Source: a virus. Taken from it: DNA of 64,000 bases. Positions 35,405 through 43,775 of the stretch are shown here, piece by piece; the stretch's first letter is position 1, and every line of letters starts with the position of its first letter. The position numbers and the translations under genes were made by a program. Below the pieces are notes generated by a model, which saw nothing but the letters and a program-made list of their open reading frames with translations, did no database searches and had not been told where the DNA came from. The stretch lies in the IMG/VR virus record IMGVR_UViG_3300045988_170206, positions 73,845-137,844 of that record. One strand, written 5' to 3'.

Positions 35405-36657
35405 CGGTGGCCTCGACCTCGGCGTACAACTCGCCCTCGGCCCTGCACGCCTCGCATGGGTGAGCGACATCGAACCCGGTCCCCAAGCCATCCTCGCCCA
35501 CCATCACCCCGACGTGCCCAACCTCGGTGACATCACGCGAATCGACTAGCCAGGTCGAACCTGTAGACGTGATCTGCGGCGGCTCACCCTGCACCGACCT
35601 CTCACTCGCCGGCGCTCGAGCTGGCATGACCAAGGACACCCGCTCAGGCCTATGGGAGTCCATGTTCCACGCAATCACCGCTATCCGCCCCAGGCTAGTC
35701 GTCTGGGAAAACGTGCAAGGAGCTCTAAGTGCATCAGCTTTTAGCCTCATGGAACCCGGAACGGGACATCTGGGAGGACGGACAACCGGACCTGTTCTCC
35801 GAGCACTCGGGCGTGTACTCGGAGACCTTGCCTCCATCGGGTATGACGCGACGTGGACAGTTGTTCAGGCTTCCGACGTTGGAGCGCCCCACAAGCGGGC
35901 CCGAGTCTTCGTTGTTGCTCACCCCCACGGCGAACCTTGGCTCGAACGGTGGGAGCCAGCCACCCGAGAAGCGCCGGGAGGGCGGTCATGGTCCGACGTT
36001 AGCGGACGTGATCGAACACCTCGAACCCTGATCCCCACGCCAACCGCATCAGACTGGAAGGGCGGCTACCACCAGGAGGGGAAGGGGATGAGCCTGTCTC
36101 AGGCAACCAAGCTCCTCCCCACTCCCGTCGCCCAGGCCCCAGGGAACACCGCCGAAGCCCACCTACGGAAGAAGCCGGGCCGCACGCAAGTCACCGACTT
36201 GGGCATCATTGCCCGTGAAGGCCTCTTCACGACCGGAGGGAACCTTCTGCCCACCCCACAGGCCACCAACGCCACCTACTCATCCAACGGCTACGGCCCC
36301 AACCTGCACGAAACAGCAGGAACCCTACGCGACAGTTTCGGCCCCTACGCGCCAGTCGTCGCCCACTGGGAAACCATCACCGGGCGCGCAGCTCCAGCTC
36401 CGACAGAACCCCCTCTACGCGAGGGCGGCAAGCCCCGCCTGTCTGTCCGCTTCGTCGAATGGCTCATGGGACTCCCCGACGGCCATGTCACGGGCGTAGG
36501 CCTCTCCCGCGAGAAAACCCTGCGCGCCCTCGGTAACGGGGTCGTCCCCCTGCAAGCAGCCGAAGGCATCCTGCGAGCCCTTCAACAAGAACGCCAAGTC
36601 GCCCTCGAGGAAGGCTGGCCCGAATATGCGCAACCAACCAGCAAGGAACAGGCATGA
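35354..36657 (+). pseudogene. dcm: DNA (cytosine-5)-methyltransferase, split across three reading frames
   Basis: Motif I (IGSLFSGY | GGLDLG) is broken at 35400-35406. PNLGDITRID|SQVEPVDVICGGSPC is broken at about 35547. The remainder (ENV, QASDVGAPHKRARVFVVA, LPTP repeats, GNGVVPLQA) is intact in ORF 35527..36657. Confidence 0.75.
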
Positions 36658-36953
36658 ATGCCACTGCGTACATCACTACACGAAACCACGAAACCGACGC
36701 AGCTTACCTCAATGCCCAAGGCCTCCGCGTCACCATCGAAACAAACCCAGACGGAACGCCATTCCTTGCGCTCGCAGTGCCGCGTGGACACCTGCGCGAA
36801 CACCTGCACTACTTGAATCCGGGCGACGCGCTCATCTGGAACCCCGACCACAAGCCGATCTCCGCCGCCGTCGTACCAGAACCCCTCGTGACAGCACTCA
36901 CGGAGCACATCTCCTCACTCATCTCAGCAGCAACCAAGAAGCACTGCCGATGA
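36654..36953 (+). CDS. hypothetical protein
   Basis: 99-aa ORF with an ATGA overlap. Confidence 0.65.
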   Translation: MNATAYITTRNHETDAAYLNAQGLRVTIETNPDGTPFLALAVPRGHLREHLHYLNPGDALIWNPDHKPISAAVVPEPLVTALTEHISSLISAATKKHCR

Positions 36954-37420
36954 ACGCCGAAGACATCCTCAACGCCCTACGCCGCCACTACCCGACAGCG
37001 GCGTTTGTTCCCGAGCTCACCATCAATGACGAGCAGTCTCTCGCGGACTACTACGAACAGGGTGAGCATGAGGCATTCACTCGCCGCATCGACGCGCTCA
37101 TGTTCGACAAGCGCATCCGCACGGCCATCGAGATCAAGGTGGACCGAGCCGACGCGAAGAGAGAAAGCCTCGCCAAGGTCCGTGCCTGGCGGCAATGCAC
37201 GCACAGGTTCCTCTACGCCACGCCGGCAGGCCTCATCGACAGCCCTCCCATCATGAGCGGATCAATCGGCCTCCTCTGGGTCTACCCAGACGGGCGCATT
37301 GAGTGGCGCAAAAAGTGCCGCCTCAACCCCTCCCCAGAACCGCTACCCCTGATCGTTCAAGAACGCATCGCGCACCGAGCCAGTCGCTACGCCCTCGTCC
37401 CCAAGGATCTACGTCCATGA
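36950..37420 (+). CDS. MmcB-like PD-(D/E)xK nuclease-fold protein
   Basis: ATG at 36950 overlaps the upstream stop. RRIDALMFDKRIRTAIEIKVDRADAKRE is the MmcB-family D...EIK motif. Confidence 0.65.
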   Translation: MNAEDILNALRRHYPTAAFVPELTINDEQSLADYYEQGEHEAFTRRIDALMFDKRIRTAIEIKVDRADAKRESLAKVRAWRQCTHRFLYATPAGLIDSPPIMSGSIGLLWVYPDGRIEWRKKCRLNPSPEPLPLIVQERIAHRASRYALVPKDLRP

Positions 37421-37665
37421 CCTTCAACCCGCGAATCACACAAGCCCTACGCCCAGCCGAAGATGGGACCATGAAGCGCAAGAAGAAGCTCCGCTGGGGC
37501 AAGACCAGCTGGTGCGTGAAGCCTCCCCGCAAGATCCGGTACCGCACCAAGCTCGACGCGAAGCTCGCCCTCGCCTCCACGCAGCGCTCACGCAACCCGC
37601 GACGCGAAGAACGCCGCTACTACAAGTGCCCAGCGTGCAAGGGTTGGCACCTCACCTCACACTGA
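37417..37665 (+). CDS. small basic zinc-ribbon-like protein
   Basis: ATG at 37417 overlapping the upstream stop. C-terminal YYKCPACKGWHLTSH. Confidence 0.55.
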   Translation: MTFNPRITQALRPAEDGTMKRKKKLRWGKTSWCVKPPRKIRYRTKLDAKLALASTQRSRNPRREERRYYKCPACKGWHLTSH

Positions 37666-37698
37666 CTACCGCACGGTAATAAACAGTGACACTTTGAG

Positions 37699-37737
37699 CG
37701 CTTGGGTCTCGTTCTCCACGGGGGCTAGACCCAAGCG
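37699..37737 (+). terminator. 11-bp hairpin after the operon end
   Basis: CGCTTGGGTCT (37699-37709) pairs with AGACCCAAGCG (37727-37737). It begins a ~300-nt AT-richer non-coding gap. Confidence 0.45.
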
Positions 37738-37879
37738 AAGCGAGTCGCATAGTGTATAACGCTTGCCCAAAAGGGTTGATATATAGCCGAAAGGTGCACT
37801 TTGGAGAACATGTTCCTATGTCCTGGTTTAGGTTCGCGCACTATGGTATCCCATTTGGCGTGAGGTAAGCATAAATGCA

Positions 37880-37907
37880 CTGTGACCCACTTAACCAAAC
37901 ATGGGGA
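37880..37907 (+). promoter_or_regulatory. conserved intergenic motif, variant CTGTGACCCACTTAACCAAACATGGGGA (copy D)
   Basis: Same TGTGAyCyAyyTAACC core as copies A-C, plus the CCAA-N-TGGGGA tail seen at 7965. Confidence 0.5.
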
Positions 37908-37981
37908 TAATGTGCCCCCAAAACAGTGGTACCGTTGCCACAACAAACCATCCATGCAGACACGCAGAAAGGAACGTCGCC

Positions 37982-38611
37982 ATGGAACAGAACCAGATCC
38001 TCGGATACCTCGGGGGCCTTTTTCAAAAGAACGCGCCGATCACCGACGAGGTGTTCGGCGCACTCAAGGGGTGCCTGACCCCCTACAACGTCGGCGAAAA
38101 CACGAAGGTGTCCGGCGACACCGTGCGTATCCGCGCCGCCATCGACTCCCTCGGCTTCCGCCACGGCATCAACCTCGACGCATACGTCGAATACCAGGAG
38201 AATGAGGGAGAAGCACCCACTGTCTTCCTCACCATCGAGTCCGAAGACGGTCACTTCTCATCTCGACATTCCAAGCTGACCTTCAAGATCAACGAGACCG
38301 GCTACGCGAACACTATCCTTGAGTGTTCCAGCCGCAACGGGGAAGGCTGGCACGCATACCAGATCCCCACCATGCTCGGCGTGGGTGCAGCGTACTACGC
38401 GCTCCTCTCGTGGGAGGCGTACCAGGGCATTAAGACAGGTCGTCTCGAAGCAGTCGTACCCGAGGACGACTGGAGTAGCTACCTCGAAGACTTTCCCGAG
38501 GTTGAAAACGATGAGCGCACAGAGGAAGAATGCCTCACCTCGGCGCTCATGCTCCTGGCCCAGAACGCCGAAGAAGTCAGCGACGAGGATGACGAAGAGG
38601 GGGACGAGTGA
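37982..38611 (+). CDS. hypothetical protein with an acidic C-terminus
   Basis: ATG at 37982 with a GAAAGGAAC RBS. Confidence 0.75.
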   Translation: MEQNQILGYLGGLFQKNAPITDEVFGALKGCLTPYNVGENTKVSGDTVRIRAAIDSLGFRHGINLDAYVEYQENEGEAPTVFLTIESEDGHFSSRHSKLTFKINETGYANTILECSSRNGEGWHAYQIPTMLGVGAAYYALLSWEAYQGIKTGRLEAVVPEDDWSSYLEDFPEVENDERTEEECLTSALMLLAQNAEEVSDEDDEEGDE

Positions 38612-38877
38612 ACGCCACCTACTTGCCCCCGACCGACAAGGCCGCATCTTTCGCGTCGCAGCTCCAGGTCCACTTGGATCAGGTCGCGCGCGTCACTGAT
38701 CCTCTCGCGCATTTGGAGAACATCTGCATGGGAGAGCTCCGCGCCCTCGACCGACGCAACGGTCGCGCTTACCTGCACGACGGCTCCGCCATCACTGCTC
38801 GCAAGAAGAGCAGGAGCGCTGAGTGGGTCGTCGAAGCACGCGGCCCAATCAAAAAGAAAGGACAGTTTATCCGATGA
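38608..38877 (+). CDS. hypothetical small protein
   Basis: GTG start overlapping the upstream stop (GTGA). Confidence 0.55.
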   Translation: MNATYLPPTDKAASFASQLQVHLDQVARVTDPLAHLENICMGELRALDRRNGRAYLHDGSAITARKKSRSAEWVVEARGPIKKKGQFIR

Positions 38878-39311
38878 GCTACAACCAGTACATCTCGGAC
38901 GTAACGTTCGAGGCGGGTGACCTCTCCAAGGCGACCTTCACGCGAGACGACGAGGAGATGTTCGAGCAGTGGCTCATCAACTACATCGCTACCCGCGACG
39001 AGCTCAGTAAACAGGGATATAGGGGCGACATTTACCTGATGTTCGCCTGGAACTTCACCTACGGCCCTGACGGGCAACTCGTAGGCTTGTCAGCCCATTT
39101 CCCCTGGGATGACAATTACGTCCCTAGCTTCTTCCCTATCGAGCTGGAGGGAACCAGCCTGTTCTTCCGTGAGCGCGGCGTGCGCTTCAAGCTGGTCTTC
39201 AACAAGGCCGGCGAAGAGGGAGATGACCTCTGGCAGATCACCACCACCCACGGCGGCGTGTGGGCGGCTCGCGGGAAGATCGTCTACGGCAAGCGTGAGC
39301 GCATTGCCTAA
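38874..39311 (+). CDS. hypothetical protein
   Basis: ATG at 38874 overlapping the upstream stop. Confidence 0.7.
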   Translation: MSYNQYISDVTFEAGDLSKATFTRDDEEMFEQWLINYIATRDELSKQGYRGDIYLMFAWNFTYGPDGQLVGLSAHFPWDDNYVPSFFPIELEGTSLFFRERGVRFKLVFNKAGEEGDDLWQITTTHGGVWAARGKIVYGKRERIA

Positions 39312-39315
39312 GTCG

Positions 39316-39768
39316 ATGTCGATAACGGTGTGGGTGCCGGGTAAGCCTGAGACTCAGGGCTCTACCCGGTGCTTTACTCCCCAAGGGTCACGCAAGCCGG
39401 TCATCGTTCACGACAACCCCCGGCTCGGAGCGTGGCGCACTGCCGTCACCTTCCTTGTCAAGCACGCCGCCCACAAGGCCCGCTGGGACACGCCCCTGGA
39501 CGAGCCAGTCGAGGTGGTCGCTGAGTTCTACCTCCAACCTCCTAAACGACCACGGTTCGAACTCCCCGCAGTTAAACCCGACCTCGACAAGCTCCAGCGA
39601 GCAATTGGCGACGCTCTCGGCAACGGGATACTCAAAGACGACAGCCGTATCGTCCACTGGAACGTGTGGAAGTACTACGGCACAGAACAGGGCGTGAAAC
39701 TCACGCTCACACGACTCACCCAGAAAGAAGTCACCAGACTCGCTCAGGAAGGAGAAGATGACCAATGA
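39316..39768 (+). CDS. rusA: RusA-family Holliday junction resolvase
   Basis: ATG at 39316. MSITVWVPGKPETQGS...KPDLDKLQRAIGDALGNGILKDDSRIV is the RusA signature. Confidence 0.85.
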   Translation: MSITVWVPGKPETQGSTRCFTPQGSRKPVIVHDNPRLGAWRTAVTFLVKHAAHKARWDTPLDEPVEVVAEFYLQPPKRPRFELPAVKPDLDKLQRAIGDALGNGILKDDSRIVHWNVWKYYGTEQGVKLTLTRLTQKEVTRLAQEGEDDQ

Positions 39769-40130
39769 TGAAGACAGCGAAAATGACGCTGCGTAGCATC
39801 CTGTGCGCCGCCCTGTTCGCCCTCGGAACAGTCTCCACGCTCGCGTGGCTCATCGGCTTCGGCAGCGGCCTCGTAGCCTTGTGCGCAGCACTGCTATACC
39901 CCTCCCTCGTCGTCGATGCGGCACTCCCGCTCCTTGGAGCTGGGGCCGTCAGCTTCGCCGCTAGGGGCATCTCCATCTTCGGCTTGCGCCTCATGACCCC
40001 GAACGACAAGCGCCAATCCCTCCGAACCGACCTCATCGGATGGATCGGCTTCGTCGATGACGAAACCTTGCGTATGACGCTAGATGCAGGAAAGGAAGTG
40101 CCAAATGGGTACGCGAAGACCACCAACTGA
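39765..40130 (+). CDS. predicted membrane protein
   Basis: 121-aa ORF with an ATGA overlap and three hydrophobic helices. Confidence 0.65.
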   Translation: MMKTAKMTLRSILCAALFALGTVSTLAWLIGFGSGLVALCAALLYPSLVVDAALPLLGAGAVSFAARGISIFGLRLMTPNDKRQSLRTDLIGWIGFVDDETLRMTLDAGKEVPNGYAKTTN

Positions 40131-40416
40131 CCAGCCGCGCCCCTGCCAGCTCAGACGAACCCCCGAAGCCATGCAGGTCACCAGCGACAACCTGCGCCAG
40201 GTAGCCCGATGGTGCCACGGCGCTCTACAAACCGAGGGCGGCAAGATCGCCCTCATCGAGGTCACAAACACCATCACCTCACACACGACCATCGCCCACG
40301 TCGGCGACTACATCGTGCGCCGATACCGCGGCAACCGATCCATTTTCACCGCCATTCCGTGCGACGAGTTCGAGCAGGAATGGACCCTACGACCCATCAA
40401 GAAGGAACCCCGATGA
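40105..40416 (+). CDS. small protein, paralog family D (..VA.WC.G...VGDYIVR...F...)
   Basis: Start uncertain: ATG at 40105 with a GGAAAGGAAG RBS, or ATG at 40171. NLRQVARWCHGAL...IAHVGDYIVRRY...CDEFEQEW. Confidence 0.6.
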   Translation: MGTRRPPTDQPRPCQLRRTPEAMQVTSDNLRQVARWCHGALQTEGGKIALIEVTNTITSHTTIAHVGDYIVRRYRGNRSIFTAIPCDEFEQEWTLRPIKKEPR

Positions 40417-40865
40417 GTAACAACGACAACGAGCTCCGCATCAGCGGAAACCTGACCCGCGACCCCGAGCTGCGCTATACGCAGTCAGGGAAGCCCGTCG
40501 CATCATTCACCGTCGCCGTCAACCGCCGAGTCCGCGACCAGTCCGGCAACTGGGTGGATGGCACCACTCTCTTCGTGCAGTGCGTAGCCTGGGAACAACT
40601 CGGCGAGAACGTCGCAGAGTCCCTGCGAAAGGGCGCGAGTGTTGCCGTCGTGGGCAGGATCGAGCCCAAGGAGTACGACTCGAACGGCATGAAGGTTCGT
40701 GGCTTCGAACTGATCGCCGACGATGTCAGTGTCTCCCTGCGCCGCCAGCAGGCCACCGTCAAGAAGGCCACCCCCGCACCCAGCGGTCAGGGTAACGGCT
40801 ACAACTCCTACAGTCCCAACGCTCAGTACACGACGGACCCCTACGCAACAGGGGAATACTACTAA
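40413..40865 (+). CDS. ssb: single-stranded DNA-binding protein
   Basis: ATG at 40413. ELRISGNLTRDPELRYTQSGKPVASFTVAVNRR...LFVQCVAWEQLGENVAESLRKGASVAVVGRI is a typical OB-fold SSB with a G/Q/N/Y-rich tail. Confidence 0.9.
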   Translation: MSNNDNELRISGNLTRDPELRYTQSGKPVASFTVAVNRRVRDQSGNWVDGTTLFVQCVAWEQLGENVAESLRKGASVAVVGRIEPKEYDSNGMKVRGFELIADDVSVSLRRQQATVKKATPAPSGQGNGYNSYSPNAQYTTDPYATGEYY

Positions 40866-40884
40866 GCCCAGACAGGACACAACA

Positions 40885-41172
40885 ATGGCCAGCGCCTCCC
40901 ACATGTTTCCATTCATGCTCACTCTCCCTGACGGAACCCTCCACGATACAGTCCGCATCTACGCGGAAACCCTCGAGGCCGTCGCAGAATGGTGCGGCGG
41001 GGAAGTGGGAGGTGCGGCCATCCCCGGCAAAGGCACCGTCGCCGGCATCCTCTACCCCACAGGTAAAGGCCACGATGCGTTCGCGCCCGTCGGCTCCTAC
41101 CTCCTGCGAGGAGCCGTCTCTGCTCAGCATATGAGCGCCGAAGAGTTCAACAAGGTCTACACGAACCTCTGA
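40885..41172 (+). CDS. small protein, paralog family D
   Basis: ETLEAVAEWCGGEV...FAPVGSYLLRGA...AEEFNKVY has the same pattern as 40105..40416. Confidence 0.65.
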   Translation: MASASHMFPFMLTLPDGTLHDTVRIYAETLEAVAEWCGGEVGGAAIPGKGTVAGILYPTGKGHDAFAPVGSYLLRGAVSAQHMSAEEFNKVYTNL

Positions 41173-41178
41173 CAGTCC

Positions 41179-41661
41179 ATGCCCGCCCAGACAGCGCAGC
41201 AGATCATCGCCGCAGCACGCCGCAACGCAGCCGCACTCCCATCCGAGCAAGCCGCCGCCCGCGAGCGCCGCAACACTGCGCGCAAAGCCGCTCGCAAAGC
41301 CCGCGAAGCAGCCAAACCAGTACGCGCTGCACGAGAACTCCCACCCATCGACGGCGCGCACTGGGCGAAGCGGCGATACGGCTCCAACTGGCTCTACCCC
41401 ACGATTCAACTCACCAGCTCCCACGTCGCACGCCTCATCACCCAATGGGCACCACGCACCACCCGCTACGTCGAAACCCCCTCCACGTGGGGCCTGTACG
41501 TGTGGAACAGCAGGCGCGGACCTGAACCCGTTCTCGCACAAGAAGGCTGGTACATTGTGCGCACAAAGTATGGGCTACGAGTAATGCAACCAGCCGTTTT
41601 CCAGCAGCTTTACGAACCCTTCGCGCCACAAAACAAGCAATACCCACCTAGCGGCAGGTAA
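41179..41661 (+). CDS. hypothetical protein with a basic N-terminus and a family-D-like C-terminus
   Basis: C-terminal QEGWYIVRTKYGLRVMQPAVFQQLYE. Confidence 0.65.
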   Translation: MPAQTAQQIIAAARRNAAALPSEQAAARERRNTARKAARKAREAAKPVRAARELPPIDGAHWAKRRYGSNWLYPTIQLTSSHVARLITQWAPRTTRYVETPSTWGLYVWNSRRGPEPVLAQEGWYIVRTKYGLRVMQPAVFQQLYEPFAPQNKQYPPSGR

Positions 41662-41882
41662 TGCCTGAAACCGCAACAAAACAAAGGTGACAACAACCAC
41701 ACTATGCGCATTAAAGAGACATTTTTAGTTGCAAAACAACCACTTTCACAACCGCCACAAACTAATACGCCAACAAAAACTAGAAAATACGCTTGAAAAA
41801 CATTCAGCGTACATATAGGCTTTCCGCGAAAGCACGGAGCGAGGGAGTACACACTTCCTCCATCAACACAGAAGGAGACACT

Positions 41883-43604
41883 TTGTCTACTAAGACCATC
41901 AAGCGCTCGGCCCTCACGAAGGCCGTCACGCTCTTCGCCCTCGTGGGCATGGGTATTATCGCCCACCCCGCAACGGCGACGTTCGCCGCTCCCGAGAATA
42001 CGACTGACGACACGCCCGCCGCTGCGCCCGCCCGCTCTGGCAACGACATCACCGGAAATGATGGTGGCGCATCGACCGCCACCGGCGGCATTCAGATCGA
42101 CGGCGTGCGCGCCACCCGCGAGTATGACAAGCCGAGCGTTGGCTCGTCCGTAAAGGTCCACGTGGACTACTCCGGCAAGAAGGTGTCTCAGGGCGCAACC
42201 TTCACGATTGGCCTGGGCGAGGGCCTGAAGGTTCCCGCAGGCATGAATAAGGTGACTCTCAAGGCCACCACCCTCGACGGTTCCCACGAGGAGAACATCG
42301 GTGAGTGCACCGTCACCAACAATGCACTCAACTGTGAGATCACCGCAGACATCGCCGCCACCCTCGGCGGTAACGGCGACCTCAAGGCCGCATATGTAGA
42401 CTTCCAGGCGGCTATCGACTCCTCTGCCACCGGCAAGAAGTCCATCGAAATCACCGTCGCTGGCACCACCTACACGGTGTCCATGGGCGACGGGGTTATC
42501 GGTGAGGGTTACGAGAAGGATCCCGGTAAGGGTATGTGGTCCGACGGCATGGAGAATGGCCTGCACCGCCACCGCGGCTTCATCTGGACAGGCGAACTCC
42601 CCGGCGGTACCGCTGTCACCATCACCGACACGAGCGCCGACGTGCTTGCCAGCAAGGCGTACTGCACAGCGAATCATTCGTGGGCCAAGAAGGACGAAAT
42701 CATCGCGGACAACAACAAGCTGTCCGCAGACAAGCACACCATCACCTTCACCATTCCGGCAGGTGATAACGTCAACTGCCGTGTCGCCTTCAAGATGCTG
42801 ACCGAGGGCCTGGTCGCACACAACGAGGCCGAAGTTAATGGCAAGACCCTTGTTGCCGATAACAAGTGGCGCGCGAAGGGCGGCTCCGGCGGCTCCACGG
42901 ACGAGGATGCAAAGCCCGTCGAGCCTGCTCCTACGCCGGATCCGACCCCGGAACCTCCCAAGCCGGACCCGAAGCCTACCCCAGAGCCCACGCCTGAGCC
43001 GTCTGAGCCTCCGGCTCCCACGCCCGAGCCTTCGGAGCCTCCGGCCCCCACCCCGGAACCTTCAACGCCTCCGGCCACCCCGGACCCCGAGCCCCCCGCT
43101 CCTACGCCGGACCCAACCCCCGAGGCCCCGAAGCCGGACCCCAAGCCTGAGCCGACCCCCGAGGCTCCCAAGCCGGACCCGAAGCCCACGCCCGAGCAGC
43201 CCACCCCGGATCCCAAGCCGACCCCGGACACGCCTCCGGTCACTCCCGACCCGAAGCCCAGCGTTCCTCCGGTCACCCCGGATCCCGAGCCCAGCACCCC
43301 GTCCGTGACCCCGGACCCGAAGCCCTCGGAGCCCCCGGTTACGCCTGAGCCCTCCACGCCTCCGGCTCCCACGCCTGAGCCGAAGCCGTCCGAGCCGACC
43401 ACACCTGTCACCCCCAACACGCCCAGCACCCCGGACACTCCTCCGGTGACCCCGAAGGCCCCCACGCCTTCCGCTCCCGCCAGCAATGGCGGTGGCACGC
43501 TGGCTAAGACGGGTGCCGACGCTGGCCTGATCGCTGGCGCTGGCGTGCTCGCCGTCGCCGGTGGCGCGCTCCTGGTGGCCCGCCGCCGCCAGAACAAGAA
43601 CTGA
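41883..43604 (+). CDS. LAxTG-anchored cell-wall surface protein (adhesin-like N-terminal domain, Pro-rich stalk)
   Basis: TTG start at 41883 with a GAAGGAG RBS. Signal peptide. C-terminal LAKTG followed by a hydrophobic helix and RRRQNKN. Confidence 0.85.
   Translation: MSTKTIKRSALTKAVTLFALVGMGIIAHPATATFAAPENTTDDTPAAAPARSGNDITGNDGGASTATGGIQIDGVRATREYDKPSVGSSVKVHVDYSGKKVSQGATFTIGLGEGLKVPAGMNKVTLKATTLDGSHEENIGECTVTNNALNCEITADIAATLGGNGDLKAAYVDFQAAIDSSATGKKSIEITVAGTTYTVSMGDGVIGEGYEKDPGKGMWSDGMENGLHRHRGFIWTGELPGGTAVTITDTSADVLASKAYCTANHSWAKKDEIIADNNKLSADKHTITFTIPAGDNVNCRVAFKMLTEGLVAHNEAEVNGKTLVADNKWRAKGGSGGSTDEDAKPVEPAPTPDPTPEPPKPDPKPTPEPTPEPSEPPAPTPEPSEPPAPTPEPSTPPATPDPEPPAPTPDPTPEAPKPDPKPEPTPEAPKPDPKPTPEQPTPDPKPTPDTPPVTPDPKPSVPPVTPDPEPSTPSVTPDPKPSEPPVTPEPSTPPAPTPEPKPSEPTTPVTPNTPSTPDTPPVTPKAPTPSAPASNGGGTLAKTGADAGLIAGAGVLAVAGGALLVARRRQNKN
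42916..43470 (+). repeat. in-frame Pro-rich tandem repeats (PTPEPSEPPA, PKPDPKPxPTPE units); boundaries approximate
   Basis: Repeated CCGGACCCGAAGCC / ACGCCCGAGCC units are visible in the DNA. This is coding low complexity, not a CRISPR array. Confidence 0.7.
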
Positions 43605-43620
43605 CACCAGTCAGCAAATT

Positions 43621-43667
43621 GGGAGGCCCCAGAGATGCAATACTCTCCGGGGCCTCCCACCTTTTTA
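43621..43667 (+). terminator. rho-independent terminator
   Basis: GGGAGGCCCC (43621-43630) pairs with GGGGCCTCCC (43649-43658). Followed by ACCTTTTTA. Confidence 0.8.
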
Positions 43668-43716
43668 GTAAACCGAGGTTTTGCCCGGCCATGCAAGGCT
43701 TTTAATGTTGCCACAG

Positions 43717-43746
43717 TAATGCGCGTAATGCTACAGTAGGGCATTA
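43717..43746 (+). promoter_or_regulatory. TAATGC direct/inverted repeat set upstream of lsr2
   Basis: TAATGC (43717), TAATGC (43726) and GCATTA (43741) lie within an AT-richer leader. Confidence 0.4.
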
Positions 43747-43775
43747 AGAGACAATTTCGCAGAAAGGAGCAATAA

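Noticed and set aside
37806-37815. The perfect 10-nt palindrome GAACATGTTC in the 37666-37981 gap as an operator.
   Set aside because: It is a single occurrence, and short palindromes are expected by chance. It is noted but not supported by repetition or conservation.
41610-42821. 403-aa minus-strand ORF, and similar long antisense ORFs at 33050..34261, 33501..34334, 42674..43855, 55162..56280, 60526..61671, 50670..51527 and 20537..21250.
   Set aside because: They lie antisense to genes with clear homology (LAxTG protein, RecT, lipoprotein, and others). They have G/R/V-rich low-complexity translations and no RBS. These are typical stop-codon-poor shadow ORFs of high-GC DNA.
42916-43470. A regularly repeated DNA unit that could be mistaken for a CRISPR-like or satellite array.
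   Set aside because: The repeats are in frame within the LAxTG protein and encode PxP units. There is no repeat-spacer architecture, and I saw no CRISPR array anywhere in the window.
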